Source: Bigelowiella natans CCMP2755
Lineage: Eukaryota; Protista; Cercozoa
Length of the DNA: 64,000 nt
Direction: 5' to 3'
NCBI GenBank assembly: GCA_000320545.1
Contig: ADNK01003512.1
Coordinates: 2,956-66,955 of the forward strand
A program made the translations under genes and the position numbers. Positions 39,687 through 54,159 of this stretch are shown one piece after another (the stretch's first letter is position 1; the number at the start of each line of letters is the position of its first letter). The notes under the pieces were generated by a model, which was not told the DNA's origin, did no database searches, and saw only the letters and a list, made by a program, of their open reading frames with translations.

Positions 39687-41148
39687 CTACTTTGCTACGC
39701 TGTGATATTGTTCGATGAAGTCAATGACTCGAGGATAGACGACAGTAGCTGCTCTTGGTTCCCACATGTAGTCGGTGTGATTCCATCCTGCAGAGTAATA
39801 ACGTACAACCGAACCCCAAGAGGTGCTATACTCAAATAAGAACATAATTTATCGTCTATGCAATGTTTTATCTGTTTTGAAATAGAATAGAGTTACTTAC
39901 GATTGCAACTCCAGCACTAACAGCAGCAAGAAATGCAGCAAGCCATAAATTCATACCTTTGAGGTTGACAATTTCATTAATTGCGGTCCCCAGCTGCTTA
40001 CATAGCCACTCGATGTCCTTCGAATAGAGGGGGGGGGGGGGGGAGATAGTAGAGACGACCATCGAAAGAGGCTAAGAATAAGTAAGACTAATAGGAAGAA
40101 AGAGCTGGTTCCTAGACAAAAATCTCAGTACTACTATATGTACTAGCAGCAACCTTAGAAGTGACAAGAGCATCGTTTGTGCCACGAATAAGAAGCTTTG
40201 GGAGCGAGCGAGGGATTGCACTTACGTCATAAATGGGAGGCACCTTTTTGACATTCATAACATGAAATATTGTTCCAATGATCTATGGCGATGCAATGAT
40301 GATGATGATGATGATGATAATGATACTGACGACGATGGTGTGAAACATGGAAATTCAAATGAAAGGCATTTAGTATACCTCTGGCTATCTTGTTTGATAT
40401 AGAATAAAGTGTCTGTACATGCGTGTGTGATGTTGTGTTATTTGTGTTGCATGTTGTGTGTTGGTACACAACCTTCGAGCCATATCGTTTCAGGTTGACA
40501 GCACATCCTAGTAGTTGGCAATTACATGCAGTAACTTAGCGGATTGCGTCAGGTGTTATACGTCTACTACCCCTTCTTATCACGATGTGTCTAAAACTGG
40601 TGCTGCTGTGTGTAAGCTCACAGTGATGACCATAATCAAATCTCCGGAAATCTCCATGCCGCACAGCTTGACACCAGTGAGCTATATTCAGAACCGAGCT
40701 GCCACCTATAATTGTAAAAAGTGTATGACGATTATAATGATGATGATGATGATGATGATGATGATGGTAATGATGATAGCACACGATGTAGATAGGCAAA
40801 CAGAGAAGATGCATAAGTTAAGGTATCAACAACCTGGTTCATGCGCTCCCCAACTCATCGTATCTCCACGTTTCATTGGACTCTAGAATAGAAATTCGTA
40901 ATAATAATTCCAAGAAACGCACAAAAAACACGGAATCCTCGTTGATACATCGAAAAATGTTTCTTTCAAGTTGATCAATCTTGTCTCAAAGCATGTGCTA
41001 AATGGTTTTTCAGGCTTTATGATGTACAAGCCATGCTGCTGCTAAACATACCCTTGGTGGACCACACAACAGAGTAAGTATAAGCTGCACCTAAGGGAAG
41101 AACTATATTGGTCATTACGTGAATATGATTCATATAGTTTTTCAAAAC

Positions 41149-41193
<45 letters not shown>

Positions 41194-41706
41194 GAGGGGT
41201 GGGAGGTGGGGAAGAACTAGAAAAAAAAAAGAAGTTATAAGCAGATGATGACTATGAGTAATTACATAATTGTACCACAGAAGGACAGACGTACGATATT
41301 ATTCCAAAGATTTGTTGCTCCAACATGCCTCCTGTAATATACCACGAAAAGCTTTGATCATCCCGAGATATATGGGTGGCAACTGATATGCAACATCCAC
41401 CACCTCGAAGCATAAATCCCCTTCTTAGACCAAGGGCCCAGCAAAGGCGGTCACCATAAAATTGTCCTACAGGAGACAACGTTTGTGATGATGATGATGC
41501 TGCTGCCGATGATGATTATAATGAAAATATAGTGATACTAAGTAGGGTGTGCGGCAGGGGATGTGTGCCTAGTGCCATCGCATCATATCATACAGTCATG
41601 TATACTACTACCCAATAGCTTCAAGACATAGCTATCCAAATTTCCGACACGTGCTGATCAATATTTTATATTATTACAAATATATGCATATAAATGCTTG
41701 TGTGTG

Positions 41707-41747
<41 letters not shown>

Positions 41748-43380
41748 ATTGCAAGAGGGTGGTAGAACCTACAGGTCCCAATGCGGTAAAACAAGATAGC
41801 TTCGATGCAAGCTCTGGACATGTCGCGAGCATGGCGAACATCTATAAAATCATTTGTCATGCAACTGAAGCAACTCATCGATAAAACACTTCTGCTACTT
41901 GTCCTTGGATGCATTAGCTCATCATAGCTATCAATGTTGCATATATGAAAGTTGGTAGATTATCATCTCTAAATAATAGATATATTGTTGCAAGTACTCA
42001 GAGTTCTCCATCAGTGCTACTACCTGTGTGGTGCCTTCAGAATGGCCGACATAAGCAATCTTTACCTTGGAACAAGACCCGCGTCGAGGGTGGATTACGT
42101 GAGTATCGATAAGCAGACGACGCTCGTCGCGCACTTGGTCGCGCTGTACTTGTTGCTGGATGTAGCTTAGGGTGTCGGGGAGATCAAACTTCGCCAATTC
42201 ATCAAATGTAAAAGCCCAAAACTCAGGATCTGTGGATGGTTATCATGTCAATTATCATCATCAACCGACCAAAGTATCATGCAACAGTGTTCTTTGAGGA
42301 AAGTTGATGTGGAAAGGTCTCGTGGTGTGAGGAGGACTTGATCGGCGAAGGTAGTCGTGGTTCTGTGAGTAGCAGTTTCCTCGATTGTTGCCGAGCCACA
42401 CATCATAACCCTAAAAAGGTGAGAAGGACCAGGAAAAATAGGAAGGTTATAAAATGTTAATGCATAGTCTTGTGTTATCTGCCTGACCTTATCACAAAGC
42501 ATATACGCGAGAGACCTACTCGAGCCCTGGTTTATACGATAGTCAGAGGCTTTTATGGATACGATGTAATACATATTGAGGAATATCTTAACGTAATTTA
42601 TCCACCTGCGTAATCCACGTAAATGCGTCGTCGAGGAGACCATGCCATAGTAGGACGGGGCCCTTACCCACTCCAACCCCCTCCCTTTGAAATCTAGACT
42701 TAGCATCATCGTAACAGGACGTAGTGGAGGAAATCGAGGACTCTAGGGAGTTACTCTGGTTACTAGCGTTGGTTGGGTTTATCATCATATTGCTCATAGC
42801 AGAAGGAGAGCGCACTCGAAATAGGACAAGATGGTATCCATCACGAGTGATGACTGTATGCGTCTCCACATGGTAGCCGTCATCTTCAATTATCTAGTTG
42901 TTGGGAGAGGAAAGGAATTAGCTAAGAAAGCAATGATTCTTCTTCTATTACCTTGCAAATTGGGCGAACAGACTGCGCCCCAGGGTTTCCCCAGAATGCC
43001 AAATAAGTGAATCTTTATATTGAAAATCACACCATCCAAGGCAATGAAGAAAACAGATAAATTGCTTTTCTCCAGCTAGTAAATGTGTTGTTGGAACACC
43101 TAAGCAGGACGATGAGGTCGAAAATGATGGTAAGCCACAACTTGAAGAGGCCGACTGGAATGTACCAGGGGCGTTTGATGAACGAAAATGTTGAAGCAAG
43201 GAGAGAGGGGGAGGATACATCTAAACCGAAGAAGAGGTAAGAGAGACAATAAACGAATATTTCGTTCGACAAACCTTCCGGTAGCACGTCATTTGCAGAA
43301 ATCTTAACGATTTCGTCAGATTTTTCCTCCCGCTTAGACCCCCGCTTTAATTCTGGTGCTGAAGCTTCATTCATCTTCAT
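39687..43380 (-). CDS. Acid lipase/sterol esterase (LIPA/gastric-lipase-like alpha/beta hydrolase), multi-exon
   Basis: ETHTVITRDGYHLVLFRV, PVLLWHGLLDDAFTW, GYDVWLGNNRGN, FWAFTFDELAKFDLP, YVGHSEGTTQ (catalytic Ser), GWNHTDYMW (catalytic His); stop 39687-39689. Confidence 0.92.
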
Positions 43381-43410
43381 TGTAAAACACTATGCCCTTC
43401 CGACTTCTGG

Positions 43411-43448
<38 letters not shown>

Positions 43449-44890
43449 GGCCGCTTCGTCTCTTTCCAACCAAAGCATCCGGTACTCCAACAACCCGTAA
43501 AGCAGCGTAACTAAATTCAGGCCTATTCTATTCTGCGACATGGACTTTTCATCAGCTTTCCTTGCATCAGCGTCCTTTTTCTGATCGATGACACCTTTCT
43601 ATGGTGACGACACCAAAAAAGTTGACACGAGCAACAATGTACGCAACAAGGGGTACTCTTTATGGTGGTATACTACATGTACTGAGAAAGAAAAAGAAGA
43701 AGAAGAAATGCGAAATGCCAAAAAGTCCTCTTCTCATTGATCAAACTTCCTACAAGCCTGTAGCGAAAAGAGTCAAAACAAGGAGAACGATTTGTTTATT
43801 AATAGTTCTAGGAGCATTTGCAGCGAACTTTAGGGTTATACAGGTATAGGTTAGGGTTGGTAGGGCTGGTAAGTTGCGAAAAGCTGCAACCGGAATGGTG
43901 AACCCCGAGCCACATTTTGCTCTTTCAGACAACTTCTCTAAATTCAAACAGAAATGGAGGAGAACTCATAATCGCGACTTCGAATTCCGAAGTGCATCAC
44001 CTTCATCTAGGGAGATCTCTAGGGCGTTTTCTCGACACAATCAATTCTTTTAGAAGTCGCAAAAGCCACAACTCGGGCATTTCTATGAGTCGCTGATGAT
44101 GGTCACATGAGCGACGCTACCGCCGTACTAGATTTATGTCAGACGTCTCAATCTTGTCAAAGAGCTGCGAGCATGTTGCTGCATTCATCCATCATTTTGT
44201 GTTGAAGAGGATGTCGCACTTATGGATGAGGAGGAAGTTGGATGACAATCGTTGGAAATAGCGACAAACTTGCATCTGAAAGCTCTGACTGAGAAGATGC
44301 GGATCAAGTTGACATGAGTGACCCGTGCGGCCTAAAAGAATTCATGCTACCGAATTTCTGCAAAATCATTGGACGAAAAGGAAGAAATGCGCAGCAAACA
44401 GGATGGCAGCACAAATACGAAGTAGAGCTTGCATACCAAATGAACTGCGCGTGGAGGCGTTGCGTAGCCGATGCTGCCGATTCTCTTGTATGGAATGGCC
44501 GCCAATTTAGCACTACTTACCAGGTTTAGCTTGTCGCGTGCTGCGATCTGATTCCAGGTCTGGAACAACCTGCCGGGGGTGCTGCTCTGCTGCCGGGGGT
44601 GCTGCTCTGCTCATCATTCAGAGCTACCTAAGACCACAAGATAAATAGTCTCCTCAAGGGCCGTGGCGGTGTGGGACAGCACATTACTTGTAAGCACAAA
44701 CCTGACTTACGCATTTGATTTTTCTCTTAGCTTGTGAATGAAGCACAGGCTGCAGCAGCAAATAAATATCCAGCATTCAATGAATTGCTATTAGTCAAAA
44801 AGCTGGTCGCTCCTACTGCTCAGGTGTATACACAGGATAATAGCGTGGGTGGTCAGAATCCGAGACACTTTGCGGACTATTTGGACAATC

Positions 44891-46663
44891 ATGACCCTGC
44901 CTGATCGTTGCCGCTCCGGGAGTACTAATACGAAGGTGGGACGGAGCAACTCGCAATCCCTCTCTCTACCAGCCATTAACGACACAAAGGAGTGCATCGA
45001 GCTGCAGCTCTTCCCCGAATTCCGTAGTTTCTTCCCGCATGTGCGCAGGAATCCACAACGTGCCGCCCGTTGCAACAACAAAACTCTCTTGCGAGATTGT
45101 TTTGTAAGCGAAGATGATGAGGAAGATGGCGATAACGATACCAATACCGCCGATGAGGGATCCCCCACAAGCAGTAGTACCGATGATGATAAATTGATAA
45201 TGGAGCTGGAAGATGATCCCTGCATCGCAGCGGAGGCTTTTATCGGCTCGTTACTCGATGCTTTTGAAGAATCCTCTATGCTAGCAGATTCTAGTGGTAT
45301 CACTGATACTGATAACGACAGGGAAGCGCACACAACAGAACTCCGTAGCCCAGGTTTTCCGAAGATTAGTATATGGAGAAATAATGCCTGCTTTTCCTTA
45401 CATAAACTCACATTCTATTTTTTGTGTCCCTTTTCATAAATCCCACCCTGCTAATGCAGAGGACAATGGTTCTGTAGCAAGCAGAACATCCTCGACGAGC
45501 GATAAGTCCTGGCATGAAACGGAGAAGATCGCCACTGCCTCCACCGTAAAGAAGAAAAGGAAGAAAAACCGTGCTACAGTTGCTCCAGAAAATCCGATCA
45601 ATCCCACATTCCCAGAGGTTCCTGATTTGCAGAATATGCCCCACCCCCCTCCAAATACTCCCCGCGCATGTACCTCTAAGATCCCGAAATATCTACAACA
45701 TCGTCGCCGAAAGCTACCTCGCAAGGCCCGAGAAATCCTGTCGGCATGGTTTGAAAGCAACATTGCAGACCCATACCCTTCCGATGATGAGAGGTATTGA
45801 CTAAAACATATCAGCATGAGTTTTAGAAGACATGAACATGATTGAGCGACTTGTTATTTTATGGCGATGCAGAGAAGAATTAATGCGCACGACTGGGTTA
45901 ACCTCCAAGCAAATTCATCATTGGTTCACAAATCGTCGAAAGCGCGACGTCAAATGGAGAGCAAAGTAAAAACAACGCTTGTGCACGTTGTCACATACGA
46001 CGATTCTCGATGTCAATGCTGTTGTTGCAGTATGATATTGCTGACAACGATAATCATAAAATGATGAAGATGATAGAGATTATGGCACCCAAAATGAGGA
46101 GTGAAATCATGATTATGATGATGATGATGATGATGATGATGTTAATTAAGATGGGAAATATCCAATGTCACGATACCGTCTAATTATTTTAATGCTTGCA
46201 TAAAAAGGTATTTGTTCCGAGGTCGAGGCCGCCGTCCAAAGAACGCTGGCAAACTTGCAAGAGCAATGGCAGCAGCTATGGCTGCACAGGAAAATGTTAA
46301 GCACAATGATCATCAAGTGCGACAACAGCAGACAAGCTTCGCTAACATATCCAAAGGTGATTAGAATAGGTGCAATTGTAGGGGATATACTTTTACTACA
46401 GCATTATAGCCAAGAGACTAAGCAGAAGAATGACTGAACCCCATCGATATTTTCATTATCTTAGGTTTTGGTAGTTGCAACACAAGCCGTCGTCGTTCCG
46501 CGGCCGCTGTGGCCCTCCAAAACACAGCATTCAAAGAGGAGCAAGGGGGGAGAGGACAAGATTTTGCAGCAGCTGCTCGCCTGTTGAAACGACGCCGATC
46601 ATGCGATAACGCAGTTGTGCTCTCTCTCTCCAATTTTTTTCCAAAGCCGGAGAAGAGTTTTTA
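44891..46663 (+). CDS. TALE-class homeodomain transcription factor, paralog 2 (multi-exon; 3' end approximate)
   Basis: RRRKLPRKAREILSAWFESNIADPYPSDDER|EELMRTTGLTSKQIHHWFTNRRKRDVKWRAK|YLFRGRGRRPKNAGK, with the same intron positions as paralog 1. Confidence 0.88.
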
Positions 46664-47299
46664 AGAAAAAATGATAGTCAGAGTAGGAGGAGGGAAGAGT
46701 GGAAGAATGTGTACTATTTTTCATAAAGTTTTGACAGTAAATGGTATAGTACACAAATGAAAAATGTAGTCAACCGAGGAAGAGCATACCTACGGTTGCA
46801 ATACATCCTACCTTATAGTTGAAACTTATTCGTAAGATACTACCAGACGTTTGAATAACAGAACTTGATGGGAAGATAAAATTTCGTGATGAAGTGAAAA
46901 ATAGTCGACTTTCCATTTCCATCACGAACCCATAGTACTGTTATTGTATACTCGCACTAAAATACAGTAACCATTAGTGCTTGTTTATCAGAAATTATGA
47001 AATGGCACATTGCAAAGGTCATGCAAGCCAAATTAAAACAGTCATTTGAAGCCTTTAATTTCTCATCTTCTGTGTTTATTCCCTTTCATCTCGTAGCAAT
47101 TGCTCATTTATAGCTTTGAAAGGTGGATGCCTATGCTAGCAATTTATCGTTGAGTATGGCTAAGCAAGTCAGAGATCAAGTTAACATCAAATTAATTCAC
47201 TGCTGCAAGAGACGGACATCATTGAAATTCACATTTGCGCGCTCTTATGGACATTCGGCTTTAAAGCGCGCTGGCTACTTCAAAGCACCATACACGCAA

Positions 47300-47900
47300 A
47301 GCTACGCTGTGCCATGTGCTTCGTCATATTTTCAACGATCGACGCATGTGGAGGGACCCCACACATCTAGACATGCTAGCATGCATGTGTATTCACATTT
47401 TGCACACACGATGTTGCAAAGATGCTATGTGCAGGCTTCTAGACATTGCCATGTACGTCATGCCATCATTGACCGTCACCATCTCTACCCACAGCATGCA
47501 TGCACTGCACACATGCGATGCGATGAAAATGTGAAGCTCTAGAGCTAGACAACACGCACTAGCGCATGCTGTGTCAATGATGCTAGCAACACACAGGATC
47601 GATCATCATGCCATCAATTGCCGCATGCTGCTGGTGTCACAGTGCATGCAAGGCGAACCGCGTTGCGATTGCTTGCAAGTTTCATTTTCTCGCAAGCACC
47701 ATGTCAGCTAGCTAGCTATAGCACCATTTCGGTGCACCTGTGCGTGTGACTGCGATCGAGGATCACAGTGAGATGCACATCTAACGTGCAAACCGAGCTT
47801 GCTCTTGCAGGGTGAACACATGGGCCATGTGCTTCTTTTGTAGGCAACCTGTTGAACATGGGAACGTCCTCATGCATGACAATCGCACCATGCACCCCTC
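47300..47900. repeat. Degenerate TpA-depleted repeat block
   Basis: CATG/TGCA-rich; TA mostly in CTAG. Confidence 0.6.
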
Positions 47901-48575
47901 ATCCAATCACGCCATTCCAATCAGTCTTCACGCCGTTTCGATATATCGAGGTTGGGTCACAGATTGAGTGTGTAGTGCCATTGTAATTTCCAGATTTAGT
48001 CGATGGACGCAACATCGATGCCAACCGGGTTGTGCTCCACCTCCCACGATTTCCCTCGCCCCTCTCCCGTGCCCTGTGCAAACAGGGACGAGCCTGATTC
48101 TCCCGATCTTCCAGGTTTTCTCAGATTCCAGGTCTCATTCATCGTGTCTGAGGCCTTTCTGATTCCCAAGTCGACTCTAGGCCATCAACGAGAGCGAACA
48201 CGAAGGATGCAGTGTGCTGTTTCCTGGCCCGGCATCTCGCCGAGAGCGGCCTCGTGGTCTCGTGGTCGAGGACGAAGGTTTCCGATTCGTGAGGTCCTGT
48301 GCATCACCGGCGCATCGGGAAGATTCACACCATCGAAGAACTTATCCATCGATGATCCATTTCTCTTACGTTCCGCCATTCCTGCAAATCGTTGCAGGAG
48401 CTGAGAAGGGGGGCGCAATCACAATGCACTCGGGACGGACATCATTGTTCTCAAGCAGTAGAGTGGCGCAAATATTTTTTTGAAGATAAAATTTCGGCAC
48501 GACGCTGTGCTCGGAAAAGAAATGGCAGAAGGATAACATCTGCCGACAGATATTTTGCACAACGATAAACTAACC

Positions 48576-49526
48576 ATGGGTGCCCAGTTGTCGAAACAAT
48601 TCATGCCAGACTCTCCTAAGGACGTCTGCAAGAATCTTATTCCACTAGGATTCCTTCATTCATTTGCTGTGACGCTTTTGATCCCCCAGTTTCGCAGAGG
48701 GATCTGTGATGTCTTCAGCAAAGGAATCCTTGACACTGGGGGTTTTACCTACAGTGGAACGAGCGTGGACCTGCATGGTTTCAAAGTGGACAACTGGGCT
48801 GCGTTTGGAGCCGCGCAGTTTTTCATCATTGGACTGCAACATAGTATTATTGGCAGCAACATTGGAGACTGGGGAAATGGATCGGATCATCTTGATAAAT
48901 TCGCATGTGATATCATGATGTGCGGTAACCTCTTCATGAGCTTTGTATGTCCAATGAATTTCTACTGGATTTACACAGTTGCGAGCTTCGGGCTAAGATA
49001 TGCCAAAAGTAGAACGTCAACTAAGGAGGAGAATAAAGATGGTAAGGACGAGAGTAAATCTTTGTCGTCAGATCGTCAGAAAGGATATGGCCTAGTTGAT
49101 GTTTTGGGTACAGTCTTCAAAACCACAGCCATTGCACAGTGCATGTCAGTATTCGTCCTACCATGCTTCCGGGATCCTCTTACGGAGATATTTATGAATG
49201 GTGTGTGGAACACGTCTGAGGTTCATGGAATGGCTGCGATTTTTTCCAAATCCTCCGAAATCGGTCCTAAATTCGGTGCTCTGCACTACTTTTTCAACGG
49301 TGCGTTAAATTATGTCATAGGATGCACGGTGCTATGTTGGGCGAATAAATCAGAGGCATTAGATAAATCTGCAGCAGTGGTTGCCGGAGGAGGTAGTCTT
49401 TTATTAGCGATGGCACTCCCAAGCAGTGGATACTTTGGAGGTGTTCCACTTGGGATCAACATGTGGAAGAAGTTGAGGAGAACTAGTGGGAAAGACGTTG
49501 AGAAGGATTCAAAAAAGACGAAATAA
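48576..49526 (+). CDS. Intronless membrane protein made of two tandem homologous domains (DUF6463-like, tentative)
   Basis: Internal duplication IPQFRRGICDVFSKGILDT...FGAAQFFIIG...W..GSDHLDK...PMNFYW versus LPCFRDPLTEIFMNGVWNT...FGALHYFFNG...W..KSEALDK...PSSGYF. First ATG at 48576 gives MGAQLSK. Confidence 0.7.
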   Translation: MGAQLSKQFMPDSPKDVCKNLIPLGFLHSFAVTLLIPQFRRGICDVFSKGILDTGGFTYSGTSVDLHGFKVDNWAAFGAAQFFIIGLQHSIIGSNIGDWGNGSDHLDKFACDIMMCGNLFMSFVCPMNFYWIYTVASFGLRYAKSRTSTKEENKDGKDESKSLSSDRQKGYGLVDVLGTVFKTTAIAQCMSVFVLPCFRDPLTEIFMNGVWNTSEVHGMAAIFSKSSEIGPKFGALHYFFNGALNYVIGCTVLCWANKSEALDKSAAVVAGGGSLLLAMALPSSGYFGGVPLGINMWKKLRRTSGKDVEKDSKKTK

Positions 49527-50493
49527 GAAAACACGTAGTAGTAGACTGTGATGATGCCCTGCTATAGTTACGCGCGTCATCTAGTTGACGTGTACGGGCA
49601 CCTCTTTATTAAAAAGCAGAAAGAGCACACACAGGACTAGGAGACAATGGCGACCACCTCTTCACTTACAACAAAGAGACAGCACACATTACAGGCCTAG
49701 TAGGCGCAAGCACACAGTAGCTGAAAATGTGCATGTATTTATGCTAGACACAAACATGCGAATTTTTCTTGAATAAGACTATGAGACGGATCCAATGACA
49801 AATTTCAATTTTGTTCTTGATGAAGACAATGCAGCCTATCATCTCCGCATGCGCTGCTCTCAGCACTAACGTAACGAACTATAGCCGCCTGGGCGGGCGA
49901 TGTCTCGACTGCAGCCCACATCATGGTGCATGTGCCCTCGTTGTCCCCCCACGCACGTACGCTAGATAAAGATCGTAGATAGATAAACACGACGAAAGCG
50001 TTGTTTAGCGCCAGCTTGCTTGCAGCTGCCTCCCAACTCTAGAACTAGCTAGACATGCATGCGCGTGCAAACGTGCCGGTGTTTCGTAATCGACAGCTAG
50101 CCGAGCAGTGGTCTCGCTAGCAGCTCGCGGCAAAGCTGCGCGCTGGCGCTCGGCCTGTCATAGTAACCTGATAAGTGCGATGCTGCGTTGTGCGTTGCGT
50201 TTGACCAAGATGAATTTATTACTGCTGCAACATTCCCCAACACGAGTGCACAAGCAGAACTTCGTAAAATCATCGTTTTTTGCACTCAACTTTGTCTTTA
50301 CTAGTGCATGATGCCATGCACCCTCACGCCTTATAATTAAAGCTTCTATTGCCTCTTCTGTGATTTCACTTACCGCACTACTATTCTTTCTCCAGGACTA
50401 TATCGCATTGACGCAGCATCTTTTTTTACTTGAAGATGGACTGTCGCCATCTTCCCCGCTATCTTGCCTCGTCGTACTTGTTCCATCTAGCTC

Positions 50494-51477
50494 TCACCTC
50501 CAGCCGGATGATCCTCCTCCTTGCTTTGGTCTGTAGGGAGATACGTCTGCTCCTATCTTGGCAATGCCGCAAGTGTCACAGATACCCCCTTGAGAGCCAT
50601 ACGTGGAGAAGCAGTAAGGGCACCGGTAGACCTTTGCATCTTTATCTATCGGTGTGAGCGTCTTGAGGTCGAGAATCAACGCTTCACCCTCTCGGTAATC
50701 GACTTTGACAGCATCCGTATTGAGACCCTCTGTCTTCTTGAGCAGTGCACGAATTTGTGCTGGCTTGACGACCTTGGACAGCTGTGCCTTGTCCCCTGAC
50801 ACGTAGAGCTCCAGGATACGCCGACAGAACGCCGCAGTGGCTTTGTAGTTCTTCAGCTTAAATGCGATCTTCACTGCGTTGAGTAACGCCCGCACTTGGT
50901 GCATAGGCTGCATCTTTTGCCTCGAGAAGTAGGCAGCAAGAGCAGACTCCTTTGCAGGCTCCTTGGTTTCGCGCCTTTTAGCCTCGATTCGGAGCCCCGT
51001 AATGTATCTTTTGATGTGTTGCAGAAGCAAGTGACGACCAACAAATACAATCAGTTAGAAGAAGAAGAAGAAGAAGAAGAAGAAGAAGAAGATGGAGAGA
51101 AGAAAAAAAAGAAGACAAATGCGTCAAAGTGGCAGCAGCAAGTGTCACGAGTGATATTTCACAATTATTTTGTCATCACGCACACACACCACACGAAATG
51201 TATATGATGATGATGATGTACCATCATCTCCAAGTGGTTGGTGTGATCATATTCTGTTGTTATTCTAGCACCAACTAACTCAACTTACTCGCGACATATG
51301 CCTTTAAGATCCACGAGTTTCTTCTCGTCGTCGGTTGTAGCGACCTCTAGGACAGGAATAGTGGAAAGGATGGACCTAAACGTCTCCAGGGCTTTCGGGA
51401 AGTTACCTGAACAATAATAATACCGATAATAATCATAATAATCAGTACCATCATCATAATCATCGTACAGTCTCTCC

Positions 51478-51523
<46 letters not shown>

Positions 51524-51888
51524 ACTAGCAAGAGAAGAGATCTGCACTAATCCATCATTACATTACATTACCTGAGGAAACAAATCGGTAGGCTTGCTGT
51601 AACATATCCACGCAATGCGGCATCGAGAAGCAGAGTCGTGGGAGGCCCAATGGTGTCTCATTGGAGTCCATTCGTTGCAGAGGGACAGAAACGGAGGGAA
51701 TGCCGTACATCATCGGTAGCGATGCATGCGCCATGTTGTTCACATTCATTAACTTCGACTCCAATGACTGATTAGAACGGTGATGATGGTGATTAGGAGA
51801 AGGAGACAAAGGGGAGGGGGATAACAAAGATGCCTCATGCGAACAGTGAAACTTCAATTAATTACTGTAGTATTGCGGAGTAATATCA

Positions 51889-51924
<36 letters not shown>

Positions 51925-52227
51925 GTATGTATATATATAATATTGCTACACTCACATACATTTATTCATTGTGACACCGATGACAACAAGCCAGTAACAA
52001 CATTATTGGTGGCTTTAGTGCAGAAGGTGATCATGTTGGAAGGTTGTGATGATGACGATGATGATCTTGCAATGACCTTAAAGTTAACAGCGCCTATTTG
52101 TCTATTAAGTGAGTGTAATGCCATATCAAACTGCCCGGCTGCAGCAAGATCTAATAATATTTATGATGATGATGAACTCTGAGAATACAAATAGATCTCT
52201 ATAATGTCATCAGAAGGTGGCATGTTT

Positions 52228-52268
<41 letters not shown>

Positions 52269-52742
52269 TTCCTCTCCTCTACCACTGATAACTGCTACCA
52301 CAACTAATAACTAATTACTACTACTACTACTACTACTACTAGTAGTAGTAGTAGTACTAATAGCACCAACCTCCAGCTAGGTTGGAGCTCTCTGACCACT
52401 TGGTCTCCCAGCTCTTGCCAGGCGACGGATATACGAAGAAGTTGTCATCGTCATCTCCTTCCTCTCCCTTTCCTTCCTCAACCCCCATTCCATTATCGTT
52501 AGTCTCGTCATCAAGCCCAAGATCTCCAAGACCGAAGTCATCTCCATCCCCTCCCCATCCGTCTCCGCCTCCTGCACTGGGAGTATCAGCCCCTGCCTTC
52601 TTCTTCTTCTCTTTCTCCTCGGAGAGCCATCCGCCTAAATCACCCATCCCGCCGTTTTTCATGTCATCGTCGTTTTCGAGTATATCGTCGCCCTCTTCGT
52701 CATCGTATGGGTCCTACACAAAACGGTGAACAACAGCAAAGC

Positions 52743-52783
<41 letters not shown>

Positions 52784-54126
52784 TTGTTCCGAACATCATC
52801 GCCATCATCATCATCGTCGTTGTCGTTATCACCAAAATATCATCATATAGAAGTTGATAACAATGTGGTTAATAGTAATAAGTTAGTGCACACCACCTTC
52901 TCCTCAGGATCAGGGGCATTGAGATCTATCTTGGAGATGTCAATTCCGTCGAAGTAACCCGAAGAAACCTCCACGAGCGGCCAATTGTAGTCTTGCTTCT
53001 TCTGCGCACGGATAATGGGGACAGGAGGCTTAAGCAGCTTGGCTGTACTGATGTTCGGTATGCTGTTCAAATCAGGCGTTTTCTCTTTAAGTTCTTTTGC
53101 CAGAGTCTCTGCAACCCCCTGGAGACCATGGACGGCAGCTGTGACGTAGGCTAGCCGCAACATACCAGCTTTCTTCAGGCAATCAACTCGTGATTCCACG
53201 TCTCCGAGGTACAGGGTGTTGTGGAATTGACTGACAACGGCGTTCTTGTCCTTCCTAAACTGAGAAGCAATGTCAAGCATCTTTTTGAGGTTGGTTGTGT
53301 TGCCTGTGATCGTGTAGAGAAATGATAGTCGGTCGAAGTTTGAGGTCTTCATATAAGCCTCCTCGACGATGTGGCAAACGCCTTGTCGTAGGGCCTCCAC
53401 GCCAAGTTGCTCCCAACACGCTTTACCGCTCTTTGGGTCAGTCTTCTCGAGTTTCTCGGCGCTCTCTTTCGCTGATGCGATGTTCCCGCACTGGAGGGCG
53501 AGCTGAAACTTAATTTTCTCGTCCTTGACAAAATGCAGTGCTACTTCGGGAAAGCCCTTCTTCTGCAAATACGCAATGATGGACTTTCCAACAAGCTTTC
53601 CGGATCGCATGATGCGTACAACTGTCTTATATTTGCACTTGGTCACCGCAACCTTGTACACGTACCTGATGATGGACGATAGATAGATAGACAACGGCAT
53701 CAACATGTATGTTACTCTCTTCTCTCAATTCACCACCACTGCCACTGCTACCATCCTACTACTAATTTGATGGAATCATCACTACTCACTCTGTGGGGTC
53801 GATCTTGGCCACGCCGCACTTCTTCTCGCGATTGAGGAAGTGCAGTTCTTGTGAGTTCGGTGAGATCTGGCAGATATACACAGGGTCCTCGATGGTGCGG
53901 ATGATGCCCTTATCGCCATTTGGCAGCAGATACTTGATGTGAGTTGCCGTGTTATAGACGAAGGTCTCATCATCCCATGCACCGCTTTTGATACGACTAT
54001 TCTCGAATGTGAAACAGCACTCGTCGAGGTTAGCTTTGGCGATGTGGATGTTTGACTTGGAGAACATGGCAACGAACTTGTGCTTCGCGGACCAAACCAC
54101 GTATTTAATCGGGTGACGGCTGCAGA

Positions 54127-54159
<33 letters not shown>

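Noticed and set aside
44150-44200. CEHVAAF, resembling part of a SWIM zinc finger (Mutator-like relic)
   Set aside because: Too short, with no supporting transposase motifs nearby.
44570-44610. Exact 20-bp tandem duplication CTGCCGGGGGTGCTGCTCTG x2
   Set aside because: Only two units; consistent with local slippage.
47899-48483. GC-richer segment with several short ORFs upstream of the tandem membrane gene
   Set aside because: No recognisable domain or splice pattern; may be a TE fragment or promoter, but not supportable from the sequence.
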